Positions 59,683 through 60,920 of a DNA stretch of 60,920 nucleotides are shown piece by piece. The stretch lies in NCBI GenBank assembly GCA_030750665.1, contig JASMHR010000001.1, positions 1 through 60,920 on the forward strand. The letters are read 5' to 3'. Numbering within the stretch: the first letter of the stretch is position 1; the number at the start of each line of letters is the position of its first letter. The DNA is from Candidatus Poseidoniaceae archaeon. GTDB taxonomy: Archaea > Thermoplasmatota > Poseidoniia > Poseidoniales > Poseidoniaceae. Made by a program: the position numbers and the translations under genes. A model generated the notes under the pieces. It searched no databases. It was not told the origin of the DNA and worked only from the letters and a program-made list of their open reading frames with translations.

Positions 59683-60920
59683 ATGAGTAGAGAGAGTTCT
59701 CGCACTTTGAGTTTGATGATGACCACGATGTTCCTGCTTGGTTCTGCATTCATTCCGATGGCGCAGGCCGAAGGTTCAGAATCTGATGACAATGCAGTAC
59801 ATTACGGAATAGAATATGACTGGTCAAACCTTGATCAGGATCTTGAAACACTGTCTGGATTGGATTTCAACGGTATACTTCTGGATGTGATGGATGCAGC
59901 AACTGAATCTGGATTTAACCTAGTCATTGGACAGGCGACTACTGGCTCATCGAATTTCTATGTCTCCTACACAGAGGATCACAGTGCCCAAACCATCAGC
60001 AATAACAATGAGGAAGTCGTAGATGTATGGTCCAGAACCACAGATATGACAATCCGACATGGCGTATTGCTTGATGGAGCATTGTTGACCGATTGGAGCG
60101 AGTCCACATTTGGCTCGGATGGCACCAGTTTTGACATCCAGATGGCTACTGACAATGAGCAGGCACTCAGCATGGATGTCAATTATATCGAATACTTCAA
60201 CGATGATGCAGAATTGCTGGGTGCTGACATGGATTTCTCCATGGCTTTTGAGTTAGGCAGCGAATTGAGTATTAATGCAGAGTTCAAAGGAGATGGAGAA
60301 CAGTTTGATGTTGCTTTTGATATGGCAGCGAATCTCAGATATTCGCTCGATGAATCCCATCTTGAATGGAGACTGGGTTCTCCAAGTCCAATCTACAAGG
60401 AAATGTCGACTCATGATTATGTCGATTGGAATTGTTATGATGAAAGCGATTCATGGGAAGGTGGGAATGAAATCGAATTGGTTGATGATTGTGGTTCGTT
60501 GATGGGAACCTATGCCAGTTCTGCAAGTTATGATGCTTCAGTGACTGGTATTCCTACTGAAGAATTCTTGATGGATGCGGGTGAACTCGATATTGAGATT
60601 ACTGACAGCGCTGCTGATTCTGGTATTATCGAGGAATCATACCTCAGTGAATGGATGCATTTTAGATTCGACGATTCATTGGTTATTACTCTTGATGATG
60701 GTCCCACCACAAATGTGCGTGGTTGTATGGATTGTGGACCTGTAAACCCGCTTATGGTCTGGTTGATGGGATATGCAATGGAGCCTGCAATTTCAGGAGT
60801 CGGTAGTCAAATGGCAGATGATTTTGAAGAAGAATTAGGTGAAGAGATTGTGGACCCATTTGGACTTGCGGAAAGCAATGATGAAGATGAGATGTTCGAT
60901 TGTGGCGATGGCACCTCTAT
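59683..60920 (+). CDS. Secreted acidic protein, hypothetical; 3'-truncated by the window end (absent from the ORF track because it has no stop)
   Basis: My own translation stays open from ATG 59683 to the last base. It has the signal peptide MSRESSRTLSLMMTTMFLLGSAFIPMAQAEG, then a D/E/S-rich sequence with scattered Cys pairs (DWNCYDE..DDCGS, GCMDCGP, FDCGDG). Confidence 0.6.
   Translation, partial: MSRESSRTLSLMMTTMFLLGSAFIPMAQAEGSESDDNAVHYGIEYDWSNLDQDLETLSGLDFNGILLDVMDAATESGFNLVIGQATTGSSNFYVSYTEDHSAQTISNNNEEVVDVWSRTTDMTIRHGVLLDGALLTDWSESTFGSDGTSFDIQMATDNEQALSMDVNYIEYFNDDAELLGADMDFSMAFELGSELSINAEFKGDGEQFDVAFDMAANLRYSLDESHLEWRLGSPSPIYKEMSTHDYVDWNCYDESDSWEGGNEIELVDDCGSLMGTYASSASYDASVTGIPTEEFLMDAGELDIEITDSAADSGIIEESYLSEWMHFRFDDSLVITLDDGPTTNVRGCMDCGPVNPLMVWLMGYAMEPAISGVGSQMADDFEEELGEEIVDPFGLAESNDEDEMFDCGDGTS

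Overview
This is a ~61-kb, very gene-dense chromosomal segment: about 90% coding, more than 50 CDS, several 4-nt start/stop overlaps, and 8 of 12 convergent gene pairs overlapping at their 3' ends. The gene content reads as archaeal. It includes an aIF1A/RIO1/KH(Dim2-like) cluster, archaeal-type uS2, Taw1 and Taw2/Trm5-like wyosine enzymes, AbrB-PhoU and an AOR-family oxidoreductase. A/T-rich boxes sit ~25 nt upstream of several start codons, as in leaderless-type promoters. Bacterial-like genes are mixed in (UvrC, FtsX/MacB-type ABC transporter, dPGM, AlkB-like hydroxylase, FadB-like fusion), along with many giant secreted or membrane-anchored surface proteins and peptidases. My inference, which I cannot verify without a database search, is a marine planktonic Thermoplasmatota / Marine Group II (Poseidoniales)-like euryarchaeote. 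I found no rRNA, tRNA, CRISPR array, transposase or integrase. The candidates most worth follow-up are: (1) a tightly coupled cassette at 34.4-36.5 kb encoding a wHTH protein, an A/G/V-rich protein, three ~60-aa glycine-zipper micro-membrane proteins (two lie just under the ORF-track cutoff) and a 4-TM protein; (2) an orphan Cas4/DUF83-type Fe-S nuclease interrupted by a four-helix transmembrane insertion; (3) an NB-ARC/STAND ATPase with an N-terminal wHTH; (4) an ATPase/permease/ATPase ABC operon whose 1201-aa double-FtsX permease carries an extracytoplasmic pentapeptide-repeat module; (5) an enlarged orphan JAMM/MPN+ protease next to a peptidase-receiver-domain operon. All functional calls rest on motifs read by eye. 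None has been confirmed by homology search.
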